NCBI GenBank assembly: GCA_002633005.1
Contig: NMRA01000426.1
Location: forward strand, 330,506 to 394,505
Origin: Phoronis australis
Lineage: Eukaryota; Animalia; Phoronida
DNA: 64,000 bases
Direction of reading: 5' to 3'
Positions 52,380 through 64,000 of the stretch are shown here, piece by piece. The stretch's first letter is position 1. Each line of letters begins with the position of its first letter. Below the pieces are notes generated by a model. The model saw only the letters and a list, made by a program, of their open reading frames with translations. It searched no databases and had not been told where the DNA came from. The position numbers and the translations under genes are program-made.

Positions 52380-53220
52380 GACCCTTGCCTCTGATGGCGC
52401 AACCAGTAGAGATGACGGAGCTCCTATAAGAGCTTCATACGCCGGAAGCTTTTCAATGAATTAGGCCGTCCGGCCACTGATTTTGAGTTTTCACCTCGTC
52501 AAAAATATATTCCACACTTAAAAAAGTGCTTACTTTCTTCATACGGAAATTGCCAGTTTGTCGCGTAAAGTCACGATGTCGATAACGCCGTCCATCCGTA
52601 TAATTCATCGGTAATTTCCGTACCGTCCTTGACATCGACCCGTCCAAGATGGACGTGTGTTTTGGCTTTTTGTGAACATTTTTGTTCTTTGACTGCGAAT
52701 TTCTTACGAAGTCGCTGGAACAGGACGCTGTGAATGGTATTGGAAGAACAATTGCCAATTGTTTGTTGAAACCTTGTTTTGTGTAAATTTATTGAGTTTT
52801 ATGTTAGCTATGGAGGGCTGAAGTGAAGCACCCGTGGAATTTCTAGTCGGGAGTGTCATACCTTGTAGTATTATATGTAGTGTATTGAGGACGATCAGAA
52901 GCTGAGGACGCCTGTGTGCCAAGTCACTGTCTAGCTCAGCTAAGGCTGAGGCCGAGCCAGGCTCATCCGTTCAGCAGGCGTTCGTAAGCAGTCGTCAACT
53001 ACACGACTAGCTGTATTTCTATGCTAGAATTTTGGGAGCATAAGTTGGAATCAGTAACTGCAGTAAAAACGGACAGTTGATACCATTAGCTACTAACCTG
53101 GAAGAGGTACAAATTCAGGTGAAAACAGGTACAAGTACGCCGCTGATTTCTTTAAGATGGAAGACACTTCCGGCCAATCTTTGGACCGTATCGATTACTA
53201 TTGCCCCCTGACGGCAGTAC
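52380..53220 (-). promoter_or_regulatory. Candidate CpG-rich promoter and first exon of the CUB-sushi gene
   Basis: Abrupt CpG enrichment; minus-strand donor GTAAGC at 52528-52533; YY1-like CAAGATGG at 52645; ETS-like CCGGAAG near 52442 and CTTCCGG next to CCAAT near 53167; CTCF-like TTGCCCCCTGACGGCAG at 53201. Confidence 0.5.
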
Positions 53221-54152
53221 CCAACAAGTGAGGACTAAAGAACATTTTACGTTGGTGTGGAGAGTGGAAATAACAAAACAAAATTTAACACAAGTGTTAG
53301 TTACCGATATAATAAACATTAAAGAAATGTTATCTGAGGACACACATAGAAAGATATAAACAAAACAACTTGCATAAATACTCAAACAAACGTATGAACA
53401 CTCGGCACTGAGTGGTTAGTCGCGTACAAATATATTACATGAAAACGGTTCCAATTTTTGCTCTCATAGTCGCTCCACAGAGATCATTACAAACAAATAA
53501 AATTACCTTTAAAAGAGTGATTGTTGCAGGCATGAGATTTAACGCAAACCATGATGCAACGCGTGGTCGCAATTCAGTTGCATCTGCGTTAGACCGTCGT
53601 TGAGTGTTTTGTAACGAAGACCGACGACGTCGGCAAAGAAGTTGCAAATCGAGGTTAACCGATGGTGCGGCATTGGCGTCAATATTTTGTCCGGTCCGTC
53701 GTCGCATAAAGGTCGCATAATTATGTCACAAGTGTGAAACGTATGGTTTTGCATGGTTTTCTACATGGATTTAAAAATATCTCAAAAATGACTCCAAGGT
53801 AAAAAGTTGTGACCCTTAAATCAGCTAGGTTACTACGCGGGTTGGTAAGAAAAGTTTGCGCCTATTGTCTTCGTGCGCGTAGCTCACACCTTTTCTTTGT
53901 AGGTGATGTAGATCTACCAGTCTGGTCACGGATTGGTAGAAGGCGACTTTCATTGTTTTGTAAATGAATTTTCACAACTCAGTACGCAGAAGTCCAGTTT
54001 TTTTATTCCACCCATCAAAATCCATGTTAAAACGATAACCCAATTAATTATTCTTGAAGGCTGATATTTAATACATTATTTCCTACTATTGTATGATTTG
54101 AACGGGGGTTATGGAGTTATATGGCTCCCTATAAAATGTAGACAATTCGTTT

Positions 54153-57100
54153 CAGGCCCGTAGGAAGGAAAACATTATTGGGGGGGGGGGGNCACTTGCT
54201 ATCACCACCTCCTCCCCCCGTTCTCTGTATGTCACCATATTTGTACCGAAGCCCCCCCCCACGTCAGCCATAGGTGGAGGTAATACCGCGGCTGCAGCCA
54301 TCAGGATTTGAATGACCGTGAACCAACAGTTTTCCGGAGATTAAGAATGGGTCTAGGACCACAGCGCACTGACATGTACCTGGGAGCTCAGTGCCTGAAG
54401 TAACTATAGCTGGGTTCCAACAGGGGATTCGTACCTATTCCTCTGCTCTGGGTTGAAGGTCAAGGTTTATTTTATTATGATCCAGTTTCGGGGAAAACCT
54501 CATTTTATTATGGCCATTCTTCGAGGTATTTTTGGAAAGGTGAGGTCCCTAGTATGAGTGCCTTTGTGGCCGTTTCAGAATCCCGTTAATCCAGTTTCTG
54601 GTTGCTGGGGGAAATGATACAGAATGTGTCCCAAAATGTACACATTTCAACGTCTGGAGTTCAAATTCAGTTCCCGTGAGTCACTGAGATTCTACGCAGG
54701 TCTACTGCATGGTTACACCTTATTTTTAACTTGGGTGTACCAGTCATGACGTGCTTCGTGCATGCGCGCACCCGGGGGGGGGGCTTGGGGGGCTCGTTCA
54801 TTTAGAAAAGTGGGCAAAAGGTCCGATTCAAAGAAACACAAAGTCCGAGAAAAACAAGACAAAAGTCCTCTAAAAAGACAGGAATTCGGCATATGCAGGG
54901 TTCATAGCCCTGGACGAGCCCCGTATTCCGTTTTTTTTTTCTTTAGTAAAAAGTCCACATCCTCTATATTTTAGGCTGTGTGCGCGCATGCCGTGTGTGT
55001 AGTATGCACGGGAAATGCAAGCAAACGATTCAGTTTTGAAGAACAAAAATTCATTGCGCAATACTACTGGAAACTAAAAACATCAAGGAAGTGCAAAGAG
55101 AACATTTCCAATTTGATGATCAATGAGTTACAGTAGATTTTATTTGTTTAAGTACTTAAACTTCTATGGTTTGTAAACTTAAACCCAGTAATCTAGTTCC
55201 TAAGCCAATAACCAATTTATTGTCGTTTGAATTGTGAGAACATTTTGGGACACTTTGTAGATGTGTTCGAAATTCATCAATTTCCTTGAGACTTATTTCA
55301 GATAGACAAAAATCGTTTAGTGTACTTTTATATTTGGGATCTGATGATAGATCGAATTTTCCCAATTTCGGACTGCAACTAAGTTCATTGAAGCATTGTC
55401 ATTTCTTACAGATTAGCTTCTAATTGTCAAAAAAGCCATCTCTCAATCAATCCATTTTCATGGATACACAAACATGTAAGTCAGAAACCAATAATCAAAT
55501 CCTTGATTTAATGACTTAATTAATTCCTTTTTGATCCTCTGTTAGTGAGTTTAAACAGCAAATCTTGTAGCGAAGTCAAAAAGCAATTCATTTATTGCCA
55601 TTTGAATCGTGAGTAAATTTTTGGGAAGTATCCAAATTTCATCAATGTCTTCGAGAATTATTTTAGATAGGCAAAACGCCGTCCAAGTGCACTTTCCTAT
55701 TTGGGGATCGGATTATAAAGTTTTTTTTCCGTATTCAGGCTTCAAGTCAATTCCCGAAATCGTCATCATTTCTTAAAAGATTAGCTTGTAATTTCCAAAA
55801 AATCAGCTATTAACCTGTTGGTTTTCGTAGATACATAACCACGTAAATCAGAAACCAACGAATTTGTTGATCGAAACGGAATATTGTTGTAAGCCGTGAT
55901 TTTCCGCAGGCATGACGGGTAACCGGGGAAATGGGAGATTGGGCATTCATAGTAAGGTGTATTTTTGGTCATTTCCGAGGTACCTATAACGGTTCACGAG
56001 TTGAACGTGACCTCAAAAAAGTTGAAATATTTGATTATTATTGCCAGTATTTAATTAGTTTAATTTGGTTACGTTGTTCCAACCATAGACTACAAGTGGA
56101 AGTGAGTAGACACGAGAAAGTGGAATATTAAAATAGATTATGTTTGATTTGCAATGATGGCCTTGTAGAGGATGAATACCACTTCCCATGTATTTGCAAG
56201 AGATATTGTGAACTTAATAAAGGTCACGTTTTATGAAGGAAGTTCAATGGAAGCATCCAACTCAAGAATCCTGTATACGTGTGCCAGCTAATCTAGATAT
56301 ATCTGTTGTTAAATATGTGTATTCTGCCCTTAAAAGACGAGAATAACTTTTAAATGGGTTGACTGCGTGTGAAAATGTGCCTGTTTATTTTTTTGCTCAT
56401 TGTAATTTGGGCCCGTCTTTAATACAAATAAACATATATGTGTATTTGGGTACACTCGTTCGACATGTAGACGGTCACTCCAATCGTAGCCTCGACGGCA
56501 GCGTTTTCCACATGTGAGAATTCATTACAAACAATCCATAATAACCATTATCAAAAGAGATACTATTCTTGTGATACTATGGGAAACAGTAACATTATTC
56601 TATAACTAACCATCGAAAATAGTCCTTTTGTGTAATTAACAAATAGCTGTCTTCACGATCTTCAAAATTCTACCCTTTCGATGGCGGTCAATCCTACTGT
56701 ATTTTTTCACATTTTTAGTTGTTTGAGTCGAATGTCTGGATACTACGCTTTGCACAAATGTTTTGTGTTTTTTATGAATTTGGAATCTCAATTTCCCTCG
56801 TGAATACTTGGCAGTGTCATTTCCCCGAACTGCTCCACCGAGAGAGGGTCCCGTCTGAAATGGGACACCCTAATTATGAAAGGCTAAGCATAATTAAGCT
56901 TGAAAAAGAGTGACAGTTCATTCCACCGTCGTGTGGTCACAAGACAGTGCACTAGGAAGTGACCTTCCTCAACATGAAAGTCGGTTGCACGAGTTCAGGA
57001 AAAACAGGAGACTAGACGTAATCGAGTCCAACTTTGGGTCTTCTCTCCGTGAGTGAACTCTTACGAATTTGTTAATAAAAACATAAAAGGTGGCCACTTG

Positions 57101-57686
57101 AATGTCATCAATGGCCTCCTCCAAGGGTGGGCCCCCTCAATATGAACAAAAATATATATATATATTGAAAAATCCTGAAATGAGCAGCAATTAATTATAT
57201 CTGTCAGATCATCAATTTTTCTCAAGTGATACACAATTCGAGAAAAAAGCGACAGTTGTCTCCGTTATTCCTTTCCAGATAGGGGCCTGTGATTTTCCAG
57301 TCGTAAAATTGACTTACTGAATTTAAAAATCCAGAAAATTCAATACGCTCTGCAAAAGCTTCCCTTTATATTTTCTTTCGATTTTTCGGAATATATGCAT
57401 GAATCATTAAGTTCACGTTTTCAAGTGCGTTTAGACGACCAGTGTTGCGAAAGCGGAGACCCCAACAAAGTGGCCAGGGTCTTCAAAAGGTAAATTATGC
57501 ATTGATACAGACTTGTTAAATGTTCTCTAGAATTTTCTCTCTTATCTGCATTGAGCAGTCGTCCTTTCCTGTGTCCACGCCCCACGCGTATGTCGGTTGC
57601 CACGGTTTAACCCTGACCCCTGAAAATGTTTGGGGGGCCCATGCCCCCCCCCCCCCCCCCCGGCTCTCCGCTTCCTACGACGCTTG
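54153..57686 (+). mobile_element. 3.5-kb hAT derivative with nested insertions
   Basis: Termini CAGGCCCGTAGGAAG and CTTCCTACGACGCTTG with subterminal G/C runs; direct repeat CGTTT at 54148-54152 and 57687-57691; hAT dimerisation-domain remnants NCSTERGS, ERLSIIKLEKE and HEFRKNRR at ~56800-57020. Confidence 0.72.
56030..56435 (+). pseudogene. 3' end of a non-LTR retrotransposon (RTE-X/L1-Tx1-type C-terminal zinc knuckle)
   Basis: LRCSNHRLQVEVSRH...NRLCLICNDGLVEDEYHFPCICKRY followed by AATAAA near 56427. Confidence 0.8.
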
Positions 57687-58897
57687 CGTTTCAGTGTAAA
57701 TGTTGAGATTCACCGACTTAGATTCTCAGTCGATCGCCGGCCTCACTAGAAAACATTTGAAATGGGACTTTAGCCATTGTGGACAAAACTGGTCCGCTAA
57801 ACTAAAATGTATCTTCAATGTGCAATCTGAATAATGATTTCTACTCTAAGTCTTTCTGTGATACTAAAGCATGAATTCTACTGTTCAGCATTGGCAAGTG
57901 ACTGAGGAGGCGCCGGGCCGGGACTAAACTTTTACACGACATTTAAGGAAAATTCAAAACTGAGAAATATGCATACTCTTGTTTTCCTTGAGAAAGAAGG
58001 TATTTATTTTGTGAGTTTAGAATTTGTATTCTTCCATTGGAGATAGAGGTTGAAAGGTAGTGAACCAGACGAGGCTATGTCGCTCGGCGGTTGGCTTATT
58101 GTGATCTCTCACTGAATGCCGGACCTGTATATAGAACATGAACTTCATTTGACACTGCACTCTATATCACGACTTACCAAAAAAAAAAATAACTTGCATT
58201 CCACTGTTTGATTTTTTTTTTCTGATGCAGTAAGCTTAGTTTCTTTGTTCAGGTATAGCGGCTGTTTTTCACTGTGACGTACTTGGCAGCAGAAGAAGTT
58301 GTATATTTAAAAGTGATACGTGTAATTTAAATTTAAACACTAAAGTCAGACCAGCCCATTGGACTTGCAAGTCACTGATTACACAATAGTACATAAATAC
58401 CCCTTGATCATGCCGCACTTCACATGAGCTGCTGATGCGGAGGGTGCGTACTCCTACTTTTGCCACAATTACTTGTGTTTTGGAGTCATTATATCATATA
58501 GCAATATTGACCGCCTCCGAAACGGTTAATAACACAACTTTGGGGTCTTAATGATAACCAAGATGTTGACATATGTGGAAGTCAGTAATTGAATGGTATA
58601 TACGGAAATCACATTTTCCCTTAGCCCTGAGTCGAAAGTCTTTGGGGTCAAAACAATTGTCTGTGTTGTTTACTAAAGAGGTCACTTAGGCCTACTTCTA
58701 AAAATCCAGCTGGCGCTGCGTGCAGAAGCACCATGAAGTCCACGTTGCGCACACGGTTAATATTGTGAAGTCTCTAGTGGTACGTATATTTTGTCATGTG
58801 GTGATATATAGACTAGCCTGTTTTCAGATTGGTAGTTTCCAACTAGGACCACAAAACACTTTTACGGTAGCCAGTGTTACAAAAACTCCTCACTGAG

Positions 58898-59100
58898 GAC
58901 CTCAGGCTCAGTTAGACGCTGGAGTCGACCAGTCAGTGACTGAGCCTGAGGCACTCCGGTCGTGCTGACCACGCTGAGAAGAGGTTGTGCATTCAGAAAA
59001 ACACGGCGTGGAATTGTCGTGAGGACTTGCCTGGGACCTCAGGAGTCTCACGCTCCACCTGCTTACATTTAATTTGAAAAGGTTTTGTCCAGTCACAGGT
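58898..59100 (+). repeat. Second, partial copy of the structured repeat at 10545, with an extra upstream hairpin
   Basis: TTGTCGTGAGGACT...GGGACCTCAGG.GTCTCACGCTCCACC...TAATTTGAAAAGG.TTTGTCCA is shared; upstream stem CCTCAGGCTCAGTTA/TGACTGAGCCTGAGG. Confidence 0.75.
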
Positions 59101-59779
59101 TGTCTGGGTCATAAATGGAGATAATGCAAGTCGTGTTACTTCAATGAGCTCTTATCATCACAAACCATCAGCTTTACGGGCAAAAAAAATGTAATCAGCT
59201 AATAGATATGTGCATGGTTCTCTGTTGATCCCAGACCATTGGGTGTGGGAGCTGGTGGTAGTGATATAAAACATGCCAAGGCAGAATGGTTTTACCTTAT
59301 CAGACATCTGTCAACACACCATGTGATAGAGGAAACAGGAATCACCTGCAGGTGAACACTTCGACTACTGAGAAGGTCAGGTGTAGGCCTGATGCTCGAC
59401 TATCATCCAATGATGTCATTTCTACAGAGTGCATCCACAGTCTCCTCAGTTGAAGCACCAACACCAAATGAATCATGTAGGCATGAAGGCTCACATCAGA
59501 AATCGCAATACATCCTGAAAATCAACATGTTGAGATTGTCCAACCCCATTCTCCTAGATATAGATCAGTTCCTGGGACAAATAAGCCAATTAAATAAAAT
59601 TTAGAAGTTTTATTTTCCAAACTAGCATTGGGTCTCACTTGCTGTGTAATTGTGCATCTATAGTCAGTAGATAGTTCGTGTTATTCTGTTCGTTTTTAGC
59701 ACTCACTTATTTATAGGTAGATGCATATTGCCATCATCGCTCTCCAAGCATCTGGTATCCCCGGCTGTGTCTCCTAAAC

Positions 59780-60770
59780 AGGGCCCTTGCAAGAACTTAT
59801 TTAAATGTGGCAGGTGTGTTCCTATGTGACTGACAACAGATGATGAGTTTTGGACCAACCCGATTACCGGCAGTGTATTACTTAGTGGCAATTTATTTTT
59901 TACGTTTGCCTCTACGTCTTTGGAGTTCCTTCGTGGATTTTCATAAATTTTTGCAAATAGGTTTTTGATGTGGAGGCGATGATGTCATTTCATTTTCGGA
60001 CGGATTTGATGAATTTTAAGTCACTTTGTGGACATTTTTGTTATTTTTGCTTCTATTTCCTGGAGTCCGCCTCTCTATCTGCCATGCTGCTCAAAGGAGC
60101 GTTCAAAAATTTACTGACGTTTTGCTGATGAGAAGGCCACAACTGAGGTTGACTTTCGGATGGGTCTGACTACTGTGTCGCCTCCTAGTGACAAGTTTAT
60201 TTTTTGCATCTGCCGTCGAATATCCTTAACCCTTTTAATGAGTTTTGTCAAATTTGAAAGATGTATTCCTTATGGAGCCATTGACACATGTAAATGAGTG
60301 TCAAACTGATCTAGAAACTACTGTGCACCCTTAAGTAGCGAAATGTTTTTTATGTTTACCTCTATATCGTTGGAGTTCATGAACGCATTTTCATGAAATT
60401 CGACACATTGGTTTCTGTTATAGAGTCCACAATGCCTACCAATTTTCGATAGATTTGATGTTGTCTGCGCTATCTGGTGGCCATTAACAAATTTTCGCAT
60501 GTGTTTTTGACATAAGTTTGCCTCTGTATCTGCCAAACCACGCACAAGATGATTATGAATTGACGGCTGTGTTCCTGATGCAAGGACCCTGTCTGATGTT
60601 GATATCAGGATGTTTTTGACTATCAATCTGGTGTCCTTTAGGGCAATTTTGGCTTCTTTTTATGAAATTTGGCAAAATAGTTGTGTTTTACAGAGAAGAC
60701 ACCACTTTCTCTATTCAGATTGGATTTCACTGTTAGGTACTTGTCTAGTTTTTTTAGTTGAATTGTCATT
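59780..60770 (-). repeat. Inverted, diverged copy of the CTCF-motif array family
   Basis: Reverse-complement motifs near 59880, 60025, 60180 (GTCGCCTCCTAGTGACA, compare 42846), 60325 and 60470 (GCGCTATCTGGTGGCCATT), with shared spacer sequence. Confidence 0.75.
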
Positions 60771-61207
60771 ACGTATTTAGGACCCGAATAGGCTGAAACA
60801 ATGTTGTATGACCTGCAGTGGGTGGAGTCATTAGATTGTCCTAGCACTGCATGAGCACTCCAATATGAGGAATACTCTGGATTGGGTCATCCTACTGGTG
60901 CCTGTAAGGCTCGCTGAAGTTAAGGTGTGTGATTCTGATTAAAACAAAGATGGTTGCCTTAAGTACATTTAAGGCCTTTGTAGGTTTGATTGAGAAATTT
61001 GAAAAATCATTGTTTCTGTCAGTTTCCTGGTAGCTTGAGTGTAACGTTCCAGAGGTATCGTTCTGTTTCAGTTGGGGACAGGTGCAGCCCAAACCTCTAC
61101 ACACAATGTCTTATCCTCATTCAAGCTGACACAAAATGTGAGTTGATCCAATAACAACAATATTATGAATTGATATACTACTGAAGATGAGAGGCGTTCC
61201 AACTTCA

Positions 61208-61706
61208 TACCGTAATCGTTCGGGTTAACGCCCATGCTCAGTTAACCGCCCACCCCTACTTTAGGTGGATTTTCGATTTAACACGAGACTCTGGCTGGCG
61301 ACTGACTGCCGCGAAGTCGACATCGGCGAGTGCCTCAGTTAACAGGCATCGGTTGAATAGGCATGGAATAATCGTTAAAATTATCACAAACCTTAACTTT
61401 GTATGAGGTCGTGCTTACTTCCCCTCATAGAAGCACCCTTTTTACGCAATCTCGGATTCAGTTGGCACGGCTGCAAGCCATTTCACCATGTATTTAAAGG
61501 GCTCGCGAAATCGAGGCTGTTAATCTATCACCACTAGTACACGCACGCCCTCTAGTTATTGCAGATTTACCGAATAGCCCCATTGTAAATTGCTGAAATT
61601 TGTGAGCGAGAAGACCACTTTCTTTGACGAAAGTTTTTTGAGCAAATAAAAACAAAATATCATAACAACGATTGCTGGCGGCCAGTGAACGCTTAGTGAA
61701 AAGCAT
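61208..61706. mobile_element. Left part of a pogo/Tigger-like non-autonomous element, apparently interrupted by the Copia element
   Basis: TA-CCGTAATCGTTCGGGTTAACGCCCA...ACCGCCCACCCC start resembles TACCGTA-terminated Tc1/mariner-pogo elements; no matching end seen downstream. Confidence 0.45.
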
Positions 61707-63972
61707 TGTGGGTAAAACTTATAGCACAACAATGGGAGATAACTTCACATGGGAGATAACTTCTTTGTTTAAACACAAAACTATACAACTATGATGCAAA
61801 TATTTCAACACTCCCACTTAGCTGCAGTGTTTAAAAAAATAACCTATACAACTCATACAAACAGTTAACTTGCATTCAACTAACACCTAACTTGTTACGC
61901 AGTGATTCAAGACGATCTCAAGGCAAAGGTAATGTTAGTGAATCAGCTAACATAAGTTTGGTAGAACAATAAGCAGTTTTGATAATATGCTCTTTTCCTA
62001 TTTTCTTGCGGATGTAATGAAACCTTAAATTCATATGTTTACTTCGCTTAGGTGTTCCAGTATTGTTTGCAATACAAATAGCAGCTTGATTGTCCTTATA
62101 CAGAGTAAGACATTTGGAACCTTGTTGTGTTAAGTCTAGAAATAACTGACGTAACCATGCTGCTTCATGAGCAGCTTCATAAGCAACAATATATAGGGCC
62201 ATTTGCATACATAAATATTGCACCTGTGGAGTGCTGTGTTTCATAATCGGCCAACTCGAATCTGAGTAGCCAACAGGAGACGTTTTTGACTTAGAATAAA
62301 CTATGCCATAATCTAAAGTACCTTTCAAGTACCGCAGTATGCGTTTAGACGCACTAAGATGAGTTTGCATGGGTGCAGAGCTGAATCGACCAAGAACCCT
62401 TACCGCATATGCTATATCAGGTCGTGTAGCAGTAGACAGATGCAATAGACTACCTACAATTGACTGATACAAAGTCTTGTCAACAGATTTACTGCCATCA
62501 TTTTTAACAAGTTTAACATCTGTAGCCATTGGTGTACTCACAGGATTACAATCACTCATGTTATACTTCTTAAGTATCTGTTCAACATAGTGCATTTGAC
62601 TAAGTTTCATTGACTCTTCAGTGAATGAAACACTGATTCCTAGACAGTAATGTAACTGACATAAGTCTTTCATCTTAAGCCTAGAACTCAAAGCAGTCTG
62701 GATTTCACTCATTGACACTTCATTGTCACTAAGGATAACAATGTCATATACAGTACATAGACAGAGAGTATGGCTTTGACACCATTAACTCCTCTAATAT
62801 ATATGCACTGATCAGCATTTGACTGTGTAAATTCTAATGACTTTAAGTATTCATCAAACACCTGCATCTAGGAGAGTGTTTGAGACCATACAATGAACGG
62901 ATAAGTTTGCAAACCAGATTTTCTTCACCTGTAGACACAAATCCCTCTGGTTGAGTCATATAGATTTCTTCATCTAATTTACCATTTAGAAATGCTGTTC
63001 TACATCCATTTGATGTATCAACATATTTTGACTGAACCCATAAGCAAGTAGTGCACTAAGTGACGACTTATGAACCACTGGTGCGAATGTTTCATCATAA
63101 TCAATACTTTGCTCTTGCGTGAAACCGCGAGCAACCAGCCTACAGTAGCTTTAAACCTATCAACTGACCCATCCGACTTGGTTTTTACTTTGAAGACCCA
63201 TTTGCAACGAATTGCCTTACGACCAGGGGGTATTGGGACTATTTCCCAAGTTTCATTTTCCACAAGTGATTCGTACCCCTCATTTGCAGCAAATTGCCAT
63301 TGTGAAGTTTGAGGACTCTTCAATGCTTCTTTAAAGGTTAAAGGTTCAACTAACTCAGATATGTGTATAGCATGATGCTCAGCAACTGTACTATATTCAT
63401 CATGACCATACCTCACAGGTGGCTTATGTAAGCTGACAGGACGTTTAGAGTCACTTTGCTTATCACAATCAACAGCAGGAGTCACTTCTTCAAAAGATAA
63501 TTCTACAGTAAGTTTATCCTGTGTGTCTAAGACATCTTTCTCAACAGGCACTGATAAACCTAACTTACTTTCATGAAAAAGTACATCACGACGTACAACT
63601 ATTTTCCTAGTCTCTGGATCATACAGCCGATAATCTTTTAACTGAATGCAATACCCTGAAAATACCATAGACTCGGCTTTTGCATCTAACTTCTGACGCA
63701 GTTCATCTGGAACATGTGCATAAGCTAACGAACCAAATACACGCATATTACTTATGTCAGGTTTCTTACCAAACCGCATTTCATAGAGAGTCACAGACAA
63801 TTGTTTAGTAGGGAACCGATTTCGAACATATACTGATGTGGCTATTGCTTCAGCCCAAAAAAACCTTGGACAACCCAGAATCGAAAATCATCGCTCTACC
63901 AGATTCACACACAGTTCTATTATATCTCTCAGCTACACCATTTTGTTGAGGTGAATACCTAACTGTTATTTG
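61707..63972 (-). mobile_element. Ty1/Copia LTR retrotransposon, frameshifted pol (integrase-RT-RNase H) with 3' LTR
   Basis: GKKPDISNMRVFGSLAYAHVP, AIRCKWVFKVK, YQSIVGSLLHLSTATRPDIAYAV, DNQAAICIANN...KRSKH in Copia domain order. Polypurine tract AAGTGGGAG then TGTTG at 61810; LTR about 61707-61810. Continues beyond the window. Confidence 0.95.
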
Positions 63973-64000
63973 CAGTGGCGGATCTAGGATATCACAAGGG
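63973..64000. mobile_element. Terminus of a hAT-like MITE inserted in the Copia integrase
   Basis: CAGTGGCGGATCTAGGATA is identical over 19 nt to the reverse complement of 8501-8519; Copia homology stops here. Confidence 0.75.

Noticed and set aside
60318-61104. Minus-strand ORFs first suspected to be Penelope GIY-YIG
   Set aside because: Much of the span is the inverted copy of the non-coding CTCF-motif repeat, and catalytic motifs are missing.

Overview
Eukaryotic, AT-rich and repeat-dense DNA with GT-AG introns and two assembly gaps (12077-12448, 36355-36373). It is probably from an invertebrate bilaterian (inferred). One complete minus-strand gene can be rebuilt from 8 phase-compatible coding exons (44507 to 24866, 1260 nt, 419 aa): signal peptide, CUB, sushi/CCP, Ser/Thr stalk, transmembrane helix and a Tyr-motif tail. 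Its likely CpG-rich promoter lies near 52.4-53.2 kb and its body is CpG-depleted. Two isolated Calx-beta exons resembling ADGRV1 sit at 10.9-11.9 kb. The rest is minisatellites and transposon debris: a frameshifted Copia element with 3' LTR, a Gypsy RT relic, three LINE fragments, hAT derivatives and MITEs. Less ordinary signals: ~145-bp-periodic arrays of CTCF-like motifs in two convergently oriented repeat copies; a foldback-like array of palindromic octamers; three long palindromes with unrelated arms but a shared CTT(TT)AAAAG centre; hAT-like elements with 5-6 bp rather than 8 bp target duplications; and a uORF whose stop overlaps the main start codon. Most ORFs in the supplied track are spurious. 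All family assignments come from motif recognition by eye, with no database search.
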